DNA from: an uncultured virus (IMG/VR IMGVR_UViG_3300047678_000102)
Lineage: Duplodnaviria > Heunggongvirae > Uroviricota > Caudoviricetes
DNA: 64,000 nt
IMG/VR virus record: IMGVR_UViG_3300047678_000102
Strand: one strand, 5' to 3'
The position numbers were made by a program, and so were the translations under genes. Positions 1 to 8,140 of the stretch are shown here, piece after piece; positions within the stretch are counted from its first letter, which is position 1; every line of letters begins with the position of its first letter. The notes under the pieces are model-generated. The model did not search any database. It had not been told where the DNA came from and saw only the letters and a list, made by a program, of their open reading frames with translations.

Positions 1-110
1 CCCCTTAGTGTTACCTAAGAGGGGCTAAACGCCCTAATTTTATCGTTAAAGCCGAGGCTAACAAAACCCTAACCCCTTACAGGCTAACGGTTTAAAATTT
101 TTTTTTTCCG

Positions 111-139
111 AGAGCCCGCGCGCCGCGCCGCCCGTCAAA
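111..139 (+). promoter_or_regulatory. Phage early promoter copy 1 (AGAGCC-N16-CGTCAAA)
   Basis: Same bipartite motif and 16-bp spacer as 28 other copies; upstream of first ORF. Confidence 0.8.
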
Positions 140-209
140 CTATTAACGGGGGGGCGGCCGGCTCAAGTGGGCCGGGCCCACCCCGCGGCCCCTGGATGGA
201 GTTTCTGCT

Positions 210-605
210 ATGGTCAAGACCGAAGTGCGTTCCGCGTCGATCAACCGCGACGAAATCCTCGTCCCGATGGAAGGATTCGTCGCCCGCGAAATCGCCAACG
301 AAATCGCCCTGCCCGCCGTCGAGGTGGCCCTGCCGACCGAGGTGGCCCTGCCGAAGGCGAAGCGCGCCACGGTGCTCGGGTGCCACGCCGATAAGGACCC
401 CGGTAAGATCAACCAGGTGATGGTCGACGCGTCGGCGGCCGACGAGGTCCTCCACGAGGACGAAATCGCCGAACGGGCTCGCGAGGTGTACGGTGCCACC
501 GCGAAGTGCGACGGAGCTCGGGTGGTCGCGCACTTCAAGTTCTGGAAGGCCCGTGGTCGCGGCATCGAAGTGACCAACACCAAGGAGGGTTGGAAGATCA
601 AGTAA
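210..605 (+). CDS. wHTH-like DNA-binding protein, HFxxWxxxxRGI family (paralog 1)
   Basis: GGAG RBS; very GC-rich codons; motif GC..PxxIN..EIA..RVVAHFKFWKARGRGI shared with 32272, 61606, 62412. Confidence 0.75.
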   Translation: MVKTEVRSASINRDEILVPMEGFVAREIANEIALPAVEVALPTEVALPKAKRATVLGCHADKDPGKINQVMVDASAADEVLHEDEIAERAREVYGATAKCDGARVVAHFKFWKARGRGIEVTNTKEGWKIK

Positions 606-635
606 CGAAACGGCCCCGGAACGGGGGTGAGGTTG

Positions 636-669
636 GGGGAGTGGGGTGAAACCCACTCCCCTTTTTTTT
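636..669 (+). terminator. Intrinsic terminator
   Basis: GGGGAGTGGG/CCCACTCCCC stem followed by T8. Confidence 0.85.
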
Positions 670-696
670 GACTTCTCCGTACATACCCTTTATGGA

Positions 697-867
697 ATGA
701 GGGTGCGTACGAAGGTTGGTGATCTGGTCCGGGTGAAATCCGGGCAACACCAGAATCGAACTGGCCGCATCGTGATGGTGGCCGATGACGGATGTTGGTA
801 CGTGCGGTTGTGTGACGACTGGTCGGTGTGTGTGGCATTGCCCGCCAAGTCGTTCGTGTTGGCGTGA
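697..867 (+). CDS. Small KOW/SH3-like protein
   Basis: KVGDLVRVKSGQHQNRTGRIV resembles a KOW motif. Confidence 0.5.
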   Translation: MRVRTKVGDLVRVKSGQHQNRTGRIVMVADDGCWYVRLCDDWSVCVALPAKSFVLA

Positions 868-1052
868 AACTGACATTGGAGGTATGACATCATGGAAGAG
901 ATCGTGCGGAAGTGTGACACTGCGACACTGGCCAAGGTGTTGCAAGAGAACAGAAAGGAATCGGATCAGGTGAGCCAGGTGTTGGTTGTTGCCATCACCG
1001 CGGAACTGGATCGTCGTGCGTCGCGTTGTGGATGAGTTCCTGACATTAGGAG

Positions 1053-1259
1053 ATGGAAAAGATGTGGTACTACCCAACGATTACCCGGAATGGTGAAAAG
1101 TTCTTCGTGGTGTCCCCGGCATGGGGGAAGTATGAGTTGTCTCCCACGAAGCATGGCTATCTCTGGGAGACTGAGGAGTCGTGCCGGTCTGACAATCGGT
1201 GGCATCACCTCATCCAACCGGGTGATGAGGTGAAGTATGTCCGGACCTATCAGGCCTAA
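1053..1259 (+). CDS. Hypothetical early protein
   Basis: AGGAG next to ATG; strand context. Confidence 0.6.
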   Translation: MEKMWYYPTITRNGEKFFVVSPAWGKYELSPTKHGYLWETEESCRSDNRWHHLIQPGDEVKYVRTYQA

Positions 1260-1262
1260 CAC

Positions 1263-1314
1263 CGGTAATCATGACTCTGCCGTATAAGATGTACGGCAGA
1301 GTATGTGGAGACCG
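1263..1314 (+). other. Long intergenic hairpin (possible RNase III-type processing site)
   Basis: ACTCTGCCGTA/TACGGCAGAGT 11-bp stem extended by CAT/ATG and CGGT/ACCG; no U-tract. Confidence 0.45.
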
Positions 1315-1511
1315 TTGTTAGGAGGAGATGGGAAATGATGACTGCCCACGAGTTGGCGAGAGCTTTGTTTGGCTCTCCCGGATCACTGTGTGGAGATTGA
1401 GGTACAGGGATGGAGTTGTGACTACGGTCTTCCGACTGTGGTTGACAATCTGTCTGGTCCCGTCGTCGTGATCAAAGTGTATGAAGATACCTCGTACTAA
1501 GGAGATGAAAG

Positions 1512-1769
1512 ATGTACTCTGTGAGTGTACGTCAGAAGACCCGCTCTAGTGATGAGTGGCTTTACTTCGAGATGCCAGACAAGGATGGGGCAATGAATCT
1601 CGCCCACACGTTGCAGATCTGCCCCACCATCTGTGAGGTGGCCGTATGGGGCAACGGCAAACAACACTACTACAAAGATCTGGCCAAGTACGGCGACTTC
1701 ACTCCGATGTACGCCAAACCCATGCAGTTGGTGTGTGAATCTGAGATGATGGAAGAAGTCAACAAGTGA
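1512..1769 (+). CDS. Hypothetical early protein
   Basis: AAGGAG RBS. Confidence 0.7.
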   Translation: MYSVSVRQKTRSSDEWLYFEMPDKDGAMNLAHTLQICPTICEVAVWGNGKQHYYKDLAKYGDFTPMYAKPMQLVCESEMMEEVNK

Positions 1770-1772
1770 TAA

Positions 1773-1829
1773 GGTCGAAATGGGGATGACACATCCCCAT
1801 AATGGTGTGATGCACCATCTGATGAGACC
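1773..1829 (+). ncRNA. Hammerhead ribozyme, type II (HHR1); predicted cleavage after A1801 (AUA)
   Basis: GGTC-GAAA-[TGGGGATG/CATCCCCA]-TA-[ATGGTG/CACCAT]-CTGATGA-GACC: full catalytic core with stems I, II and III. Confidence 0.92.
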
Positions 1830-1850
1830 AGTATGACATTAGGAGGACGT

Positions 1851-2159
1851 ATGGAAAAGGTGAGTGTGTATGTGGAGATCGGTTGGGGCCGCAAGTTCAA
1901 TGGCTCCTACAACGCAGAGACCAAGGTCCAGGTCATGCAGTACCGTGGCCCTGAGAACAACTACGGTCGGAGTGAGTTCTCCTTCCGGGGATGTCCTCTG
2001 GGTCGTGGCGACACGGTGGAAGAAGCGATCAACGACTTTGTGTTTCGTGGTCGGGAGGAGTACGAGGGACGGGAACGGTTGATTCGTAGCATGATCGTGG
2101 TGGCGAGAACGAGTGATTACCGGGTGCCGGAAGCAAGCACCCGGTATGTGGGCGACTAA
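1851..2159 (+). CDS. Hypothetical protein (ribozyme-flanked cassette gene 1)
   Basis: AGGAGG RBS just 3' of HHR1. Confidence 0.75.
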   Translation: MEKVSVYVEIGWGRKFNGSYNAETKVQVMQYRGPENNYGRSEFSFRGCPLGRGDTVEEAINDFVFRGREEYEGRERLIRSMIVVARTSDYRVPEASTRYVGD

Positions 2160-2172
2160 AGGGAGGTGAAGT

Positions 2173-2454
2173 ATGAAACACTACTTCCTGACGGTCAACA
2201 GTCTGAGTAATGCCAGGGTCATGGATCCCAACGCTGAGATCGTGAGGGTGTTGCCCAAGGCCAAGGTGGTGCACTGCTACTGTTGCAAGCCATCTGAGGT
2301 GGTTGGGTATCTGCCTGAGAGGTACGTGGTGTTCATCTCCACGAATCTCTCGCGACGTGAGATCCGGCAGTATCCTGGTGTGATTCGTGTTCGCAGAAAG
2401 ATGCTTGATCGGTACAACGATGAGAGTGGGATGATTGTCCACGAAGTATGTTAA
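2173..2454 (+). CDS. Hypothetical protein (cassette gene 2)
   Basis: GGAGG RBS. Confidence 0.75.
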   Translation: MKHYFLTVNSLSNARVMDPNAEIVRVLPKAKVVHCYCCKPSEVVGYLPERYVVFISTNLSRREIRQYPGVIRVRRKMLDRYNDESGMIVHEVC

Positions 2455-2624
2455 GGAGGTGTGCTATCGACTACGTGTATGACATTGAGTACGTGACGTG
2501 TGACAACAACAAGTGTTACATCGTCCTTCACTACCGCGGAGAACCAATCTACCTGGAACGCGGTTGTGATCTGGGTATGTGGCTCGATCAACTCAATCAG
2601 TGTGGTTATGTTCGACGATCGTAA
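2448..2624 (+). CDS. Small hypothetical protein (cassette gene 3), paralog of 3170..3328
   Basis: Read by eye, below ORF-track cutoff: MLRRCAIDYVYDIEYVTCDNNKCYIVLHYRGEPIYLERGCDLGMWLDQLNQCGYVRRS; stop abuts HHR2; start uncertain. Confidence 0.6.
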   Translation: MLRRCAIDYVYDIEYVTCDNNKCYIVLHYRGEPIYLERGCDLGMWLDQLNQCGYVRRS

Positions 2625-2681
2625 GGTCGAAACTGGGTGTATGACACCCAGTAACACCGTGATGCGGTGTCTGACGAGACC
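2625..2681 (+). ncRNA. Hammerhead ribozyme, type II (HHR2); predicted cleavage after A2653 (GUA)
   Basis: GGTC-GAAA-[CTGGGTGT/ACACCCAG]-TA-[ACACCG/CGGTGT]-CTGACGA-GACC; stems covary with HHR1; same TGATG loop I. Confidence 0.92.
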
Positions 2682-2702
2682 AGAGTAGGTAGTGAGAAGT
2701 CA

Positions 2703-2731
2703 AGAGCCCTCTCACTACTGAGACCGTCAAA
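2703..2731 (+). promoter_or_regulatory. Phage early promoter copy 2
   Basis: AGAGCC-N16-CGTCAAA. Confidence 0.85.
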
Positions 2732-2774
2732 CTTGTAACGAGGGGAAACTTACTCAAACGGAGGTATTGAGACA

Positions 2775-3155
2775 ATGGATGCACAAGAAGGCAAGGAATG
2801 GGCCGTGAGACTGATCACACGTCTCAATGGCCGGCACAATGCCGAGACGATTGAGATTCGGGAGATGTACAACATCTCGGTGCCTCTCTGCGAGTTCGTC
2901 CGGGATGGGTACGTGGAACTGACCGAGTCCGGCATCGACTACGTGTTGGAGCTGCGTAGTGTGATGAGCGACAAGGGTCTTCTGACGAATGAAGACCTGA
3001 AACTCATCGAAGACGAGAATGAACGGAAGCAAGCGGATTACTTCGAAGAGAACGGTTGGTGTCGGGCATGTGGTCACGACCAACTCAATCTCGGTGGCAA
3101 GTACTGCGTGAAGTGTCTCCATGACATGGCGTCGTCTAAAGCTGCGTGCGGGTAA
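2775..3155 (+). CDS. Hypothetical protein with C-terminal CxxC..CxxC zinc finger
   Basis: GGAGG RBS; CRAC...CVKC. Confidence 0.7.
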   Translation: MDAQEGKEWAVRLITRLNGRHNAETIEIREMYNISVPLCEFVRDGYVELTESGIDYVLELRSVMSDKGLLTNEDLKLIEDENERKQADYFEENGWCRACGHDQLNLGGKYCVKCLHDMASSKAACG

Positions 3156-3169
3156 TTGGAGAACGAATC

Positions 3170-3328
3170 ATGAATCCGTTCGAGTACACCGTGGAGTATG
3201 AGACCACGGAGGGTAAGTGCCAACCCGTGGTTGTGATCTCTGGGGATCGCATTCGTCTGGCACATGCAGGTGACTTCGGACTCTTTCTGCATCTCCTGTC
3301 TCGCCAGGGTTGGGTGCGATGCAACTGA
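3170..3328 (+). CDS. Small hypothetical protein, paralog of 2448..2624
   Basis: GGAG RBS; YxxEYxT..KC..G..I.L...DxG..L..L...GxVR pattern. Confidence 0.6.
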   Translation: MNPFEYTVEYETTEGKCQPVVVISGDRIRLAHAGDFGLFLHLLSRQGWVRCN

Positions 3329-3335
3329 TCTAACA

Positions 3336-3364
3336 AGAGCCCTCTCACTACTGAGACCGTCAAA
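3336..3364 (+). promoter_or_regulatory. Phage early promoter copy 3
   Basis: AGAGCC-N16-CGTCAAA; spacer identical to copy 2. Confidence 0.85.
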
Positions 3365-3391
3365 CTTCTAACGGGGTTTGACGGTTTTTTT
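3356..3391 (+). terminator. Terminator hairpin overlapping the promoter -10 box
   Basis: ACCGTCAAAC/GTTTGACGGT stem followed by a T-run. Confidence 0.65.
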
Positions 3392-3405
3392 GTTGCTAGG
3401 AGGGA

Positions 3406-3795
3406 ATGATGCGGAAGTTCCTACCTGATGAGTTAGAGTGTTGGAGGGATCTAGGACCAACTGTTAGGGACGTGATTGCACATGAGATCCCAGGAAATGG
3501 GAACATCTATGTCTTTGAGGGTATTGATGGCGAAGGGATCTGGTATTGTGAGAATCTTCTAACTAAGTTGTATGATGGTCCTCACGATGGACGGATTGAT
3601 TACTTCCCCAATGAGGAAACCAATTACTTCGAGAGTGCCTTTGGCATCTATGAAGGAATGCCATGGTCTCTAGGCGGATATGGATGTTCTGCTCAAGCTG
3701 CTCTTCCGTGCTTCTTCTGTCTCGAAATGGATCGTGCGAAGTGGATCGAGTTGTTTCCTGAGTTGATTGCAACTGAATATCCTGAGGAGGTGTAG
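3406..3795 (+). CDS. Hypothetical protein
   Basis: AGGAGG RBS. Confidence 0.7.
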   Translation: MMRKFLPDELECWRDLGPTVRDVIAHEIPGNGNIYVFEGIDGEGIWYCENLLTKLYDGPHDGRIDYFPNEETNYFESAFGIYEGMPWSLGGYGCSAQAALPCFFCLEMDRAKWIELFPELIATEYPEEV

Positions 3796-3796
3796 T

Positions 3797-4054
3797 ATGA
3801 AGCTTGAAGATGTTCTGATGAAGTATGAACCTCATCGTTTGACTGGCGATCGTCGTCAGTGTTGGGTTGATAATCCCGATGAAGAAGTGTATGAGTTCTT
3901 ATCTCAATCGGAACGTGATGAGTTCTGGAATGAGGCGCACGATGTGTTCTTCGAGATGTACAATGGTGATGATCGTATTCGTGACGATGGTCCTGGGATG
4001 AGCGACGATTGGAGTAGCGACGGAAAGTTCTACCTCTCCATCTATGTACGATAA
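3797..4054 (+). CDS. Acidic hypothetical protein
   Basis: GGAGG RBS; D/E-rich. Confidence 0.7.
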   Translation: MKLEDVLMKYEPHRLTGDRRQCWVDNPDEEVYEFLSQSERDEFWNEAHDVFFEMYNGDDRIRDDGPGMSDDWSSDGKFYLSIYVR

Positions 4055-4092
4055 AGGAGTGAAGTGGTGGGTTCGTGATATGTGATTAAACG

Positions 4093-4135
4093 AATACCCA
4101 GTGTGAGATGGTATATTCTCACACTGGGTATTTTT
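4093..4135. terminator. Hairpin terminator at the convergence of the two gene arms
   Basis: Perfect 16-bp stem AATACCCAGTGTGAGA/TCTCACACTGGGTATT; T-run on + side. Confidence 0.8.
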
Positions 4136-4419
4136 ACATCTACACTGATATATTGTCACCTCTCAGGATTACAAATACACATATCCATGTGTTTACACTT
4201 CTCACATGTATTAGGACTCTTGTTACTACAATCTTGTGACAATCGTTTCATGAATTCTAAGAAACATCGCATAGCTACTTTCATTGAATCTAGTTCTCCC
4301 CTCAACTTCTCTATGTCTTTCTGAGTTATCTAGATTCTCTTCTGCTACTTCAATAAGATCTCCTCTTGATAGATTCTGGTAGTATTTTTCATTCTTATTC
4401 GTAATCATACTTTGTACTC

Positions 4420-4674
4420 CTACTGTTGTTCCATATACAACTGTTCTAGTAACTTCTCATTGAAGTATGTTACTATCATTGGTATATCATTGAATGTTCC
4501 CATAGTAGGATATTTACTATACTGAGATGGTAGAAGATACTTTCTGACATCATCCCATTTAGTTACTGCATCTACTTTCTCATCCCACGTACATGCATTC
4601 TCATATCTCTTCTCAAGATATGACAACTTAGCAATTACTTCTTCCGTATGTAGATTAGGTAGAGTATCTTTCAT
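4420..4674 (-). CDS. Hypothetical protein
   Basis: AAGGAG RBS; operon context. Confidence 0.6.
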   Translation of the reverse strand: MKDTLPNLHTEEVIAKLSYLEKRYENACTWDEKVDAVTKWDDVRKYLLPSQYSKYPTMGTFNDIPMIVTYFNEKLLEQLYMEQQ

Positions 4675-4691
4675 GACATTATTGCTCCTTC

Positions 4692-5633
4692 CTACACCGT
4701 TTTCAACAACCTCTGATACTTACTTTCTACTTCTTGTATGCTTTGACGTAACTTCTCATCATCTTTAGTATCATTGTATGACATCAAAGCATTTTGTACT
4801 ATTTTTGTAATTACATATGCATTGTTATGCCCAATTTGCCTCTCAAGAGAACTGTAATCTACTCTATATGGAAATTCATTAGGCATATCTTTGGGTGGTG
4901 GTTGCAATAACAATGGTATTTTCATTCTAGGAAGAAGATCTTTCATCGCAGGGTAATCTTTTTCTATTATCTTACGTGCTTTGGTTTCTTTCTTATTGTG
5001 TATTTCTCTTCTTAATGTTCTAATGTCTTCTCTCACTGGCTTATGTATAGCATTCCGAATTGATTCTGCTTCTTTCTGATATCCATTCTCTTCTAACCAA
5101 TCTGTAAACACTGGAATGGAATCATCATCTCCATTGACAATGTTTTGGAACAGTAGTTTACCAGTTTCAGATGGTATGTTACCAAATGTCTCATAATTGT
5201 ATACAATCACTCCTTTAGGAGTGAGAGTGTATTGGTATCCTTCTCTCTTCGTTTCAGGATTTACATCTCGTTTCCTTTCAACCAATCCTCTATCCATTAA
5301 ATCATACATACTAAATGATGCATTTATAGGAGCCGTGTTTGTTCTTGGTACTCTTCGTTCAGTGGGTTTTAATGATGGTTTCTCTTGTTCTCTTACCGAT
5401 CTAGTTATAGCACCTTTTGAGGTATTACCCTCACTCATTGCTTGGAAGATCTTTCTTCTTCTCGCACCTTTTATTGGTTTTAGAGGTGTAGGTGGTTTCT
5501 TCTTCACCCATGGAAAAGGTGATGCTGGTGTAGTATTCAGAGTAGGTTCATCTGGTATTACTTCAGGAAGATCATTACCAGAAGCAATCTGAACTGGTCT
5601 TGCTTTCTTTGGTTCTTGTTGTTCATCTGACAT
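4692..5633 (-). CDS. Winged-helix (PadR/MarR-like) protein with TIGR02996-like motif
   Basis: LMDRGLVER..YTLTPKG wing; DDDSIPVFTDWLEENG..EAESIR. Confidence 0.65.
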   Translation of the reverse strand: MSDEQQEPKKARPVQIASGNDLPEVIPDEPTLNTTPASPFPWVKKKPPTPLKPIKGARRRKIFQAMSEGNTSKGAITRSVREQEKPSLKPTERRVPRTNTAPINASFSMYDLMDRGLVERKRDVNPETKREGYQYTLTPKGVIVYNYETFGNIPSETGKLLFQNIVNGDDDSIPVFTDWLEENGYQKEAESIRNAIHKPVREDIRTLRREIHNKKETKARKIIEKDYPAMKDLLPRMKIPLLLQPPPKDMPNEFPYRVDYSSLERQIGHNNAYVITKIVQNALMSYNDTKDDEKLRQSIQEVESKYQRLLKTV

Positions 5634-5701
5634 TTCTAAATACCTCTTATTATATACTATGATATCTCTCAAACATCATATCATACTATATCACACTCTT
5701 A

Positions 5702-6040
5702 TTACCTTCTCAAAAAGATCTCATTCTTCCAGTATTGAGTAAGAGTATCCCATTTAGGATCTCCAAATTCTAATGCAAACAATGTAAACCCATTCAGAAA
5801 CTTTCTATCATCCGTGAAAGATGCAAAGAGATGCCTGATACCATCTTCATAATCTCCATATACCATATGTAACACACAATTTGTTCTCATATTCAGAGTA
5901 TTCACATCAATCTTATCATACCATTTAGGATTCTGAATATCTAACAAAGATGCGCCATTAGATGCATACTTCTTCAACATCTCATCTGACATATCACTCA
6001 AATCATACGTCTGTTGATTATCTAATCCTGATTCTGTCAT
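5702..6040 (-). CDS. Conserved phage hypothetical protein
   Basis: GASLLD..P.WYDKID...L.M..NCVL..VYGDY motif, recalled from other phage proteins. Confidence 0.6.
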   Translation of the reverse strand: MTESGLDNQQTYDLSDMSDEMLKKYASNGASLLDIQNPKWYDKIDVNTLNMRTNCVLHMVYGDYEDGIRHLFASFTDDRKFLNGFTLFALEFGDPKWDTLTQYWKNEIFLRR

Positions 6041-6267
6041 CTTTCAGTTTCCTTTTGGATAGAGTATTACTTTTTAGAGGTCCCTTGTTTATCTAATCAC
6101 TGACTGAGTATATACTTAGGAATCATTCCCTTAGGGATGTTTTCTGATTTCATTTCGTTTCAATAACCTGAGATTCTGTTGTCTTCTTTTTCTTTCGTGT
6201 TTTTAGATGTTTGCCGATTTTTCATCTCCTTCTTTATTGCTTTCCGTTTTGAGATGAATTATGCGTT

Positions 6268-6546
6268 CTACACATCTAATTCATTCACAACTTCCATCAC
6301 TTCTTCATACGTATGAGTATCATTAAACTTTGGTACACTCATCTCATATTTATTAGCAATATACACATTGATCTTATCCCAGATCTCAGATTGATATTCA
6401 CCATTGGTTATTTTCAAAGTGGCACCAGATAAACACCATTTGCAAGCAGCTTCAGATGTAGGCATAACAGATATGTCACTTTGATTCTTAGCATACGTTC
6501 CTTGACACCACCTCGATTTATCAGATAGTAGTTCTTTGATTTTCAT
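6268..6546 (-). CDS. DUF6197-like protein (paralog)
   Basis: WCQG.YA..CKWCLSGA..FNDTHTYEEV. Confidence 0.65.
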   Translation of the reverse strand: MKIKELLSDKSRWCQGTYAKNQSDISVMPTSEAACKWCLSGATLKITNGEYQSEIWDKINVYIANKYEMSVPKFNDTHTYEEVMEVVNELDV

Positions 6547-8140
6547 TGGTATCTCATTCCTTTTCTGGTTTATTTCTCAGTAGTGTTTTGTGGTTGGATT
6601 GTTTTCATTACATGATGGATAGCTGCATTCCATCCTGCGTTGAATGTTTGAAGACGTTCTGTTGCCTTAACTTTTGTTTTCGTATCATAAGCAACCCAAG
6701 CATCGTAGATTACTTGTGTTGTGTAACCATAATCAATCTCTTTAGATTCCTTTTCTTTCTTCAATGCTTCATGTTTTTCCATATCATCAATCAATCAATC
6801 CATCCAACATTCTCCACTTCTCTCGTAAGATTTCCTTGTACCCACCAGTTCCAAATACATGCGATGCTGTAACATCAGTAACTACCCCTAGTGCACCTTT
6901 TAGTTGTTGTCTTGTCTCGTTCAGTTGTTCCAGAGTCATGTTTTCATACATTAGTTTGATCCTTAATTGTCTTCTTCTTTACTGGGATACCGTACCAACC
7001 ATGATCATAGCTTGCTCGTACCATTGCTTCTATACCATTGAGTAGAAATCTTGATACGAGTTCTAGACTAGTGTCAGGTGTGTATTGTGAGATTGATTTC
7101 ACAGGGATTCCAGTATCCATTATCTCAATTTGATATCCAACAAAGTCTTCATACTCTTTGATACTGCCTGGGAAGATGGTAATCTCACCCCATTTACGTC
7201 TGATTTCTGATTGTTTGTCTTCCCGCATTGCTGTTTCAAGATTCGAGAACAGGTTTTTGAACATTGGGTTCCACTCCTTTTTGTTTCTCAATTATATCTT
7301 CAATGAATTCATCATAACACTCCCAGAAGACGTCAAATCCTTTTTCATCTCCGTAGGATTCAGCAATCACTTCTGGATAGTTATACACCAAGTATTTCTT
7401 TCCGAAACGAACCTGAATCCAATCATTGAAATCTGTCATGCGTTGGTTGATGGACTTATTCTTGTGGGCGAAGCACCAACCATCGATGAAAGCCGCCAAC
7501 TGACATAACGACCGTTTATGCAACAATACTTCTGGCATATCCCGTAGTAGATCAAGTAACACAAAGAAGTCTTCTTCAATCATTTTTATTCCTTTTCTGC
7601 TCCGTATTTGCCCAGAATACTACCAGTAGTAGAAGTTCGCTTATTACTATGAACCCTACTGTCCACCATAGAAATTCGTTCATGAGGGTTACTTACCTTT
7701 CGTTTGCAGATACTCCACGATCTCCTGGACGTCTCTGTCATGGTCTTCCTTAGCAATACCGAGAAATGCCCATCCAGACGTCAGGCGCTCGGCAGTAATC
7801 TTTGCCTTGGCTCTCTCACCATTAGTGAAGTTGATTCCTTTCAACTTCTCACTCCACGGTAGATTTACATGGATGTTGTCATAAGGATTGTCTGACATGT
7901 TACCCTCTCCCCATTGCTTCTCGCCTTCTTAGGTGTAGTTCTTTCAGAAGTGGTTCCAACCACTTCCATTCATCAGGGCCAAAACCCAAGCAAAGAGATA
8001 CATCTCTGGTTAATGTCCAATATACTGACACACCAGGATCATACCCATGAAGAGTGAGACCAAATTCTTTGAGAAGATCTCTTACTTCATTCATTCGGCT
8101 TACAAGCTTTTTCTCTTCTTTAGTCATTGGTTATTCTCTC

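Noticed and set aside
14..80. Eukaryotic telomere repeats (CCCTAA)
   Set aside because: Only two exact, non-tandem copies in a clearly prokaryotic-virus context
668..696. Sigma70 promoter TTGACT-N17-TATGGA
   Set aside because: The -10 box lacks the conserved final T; too weak to call without TSS data
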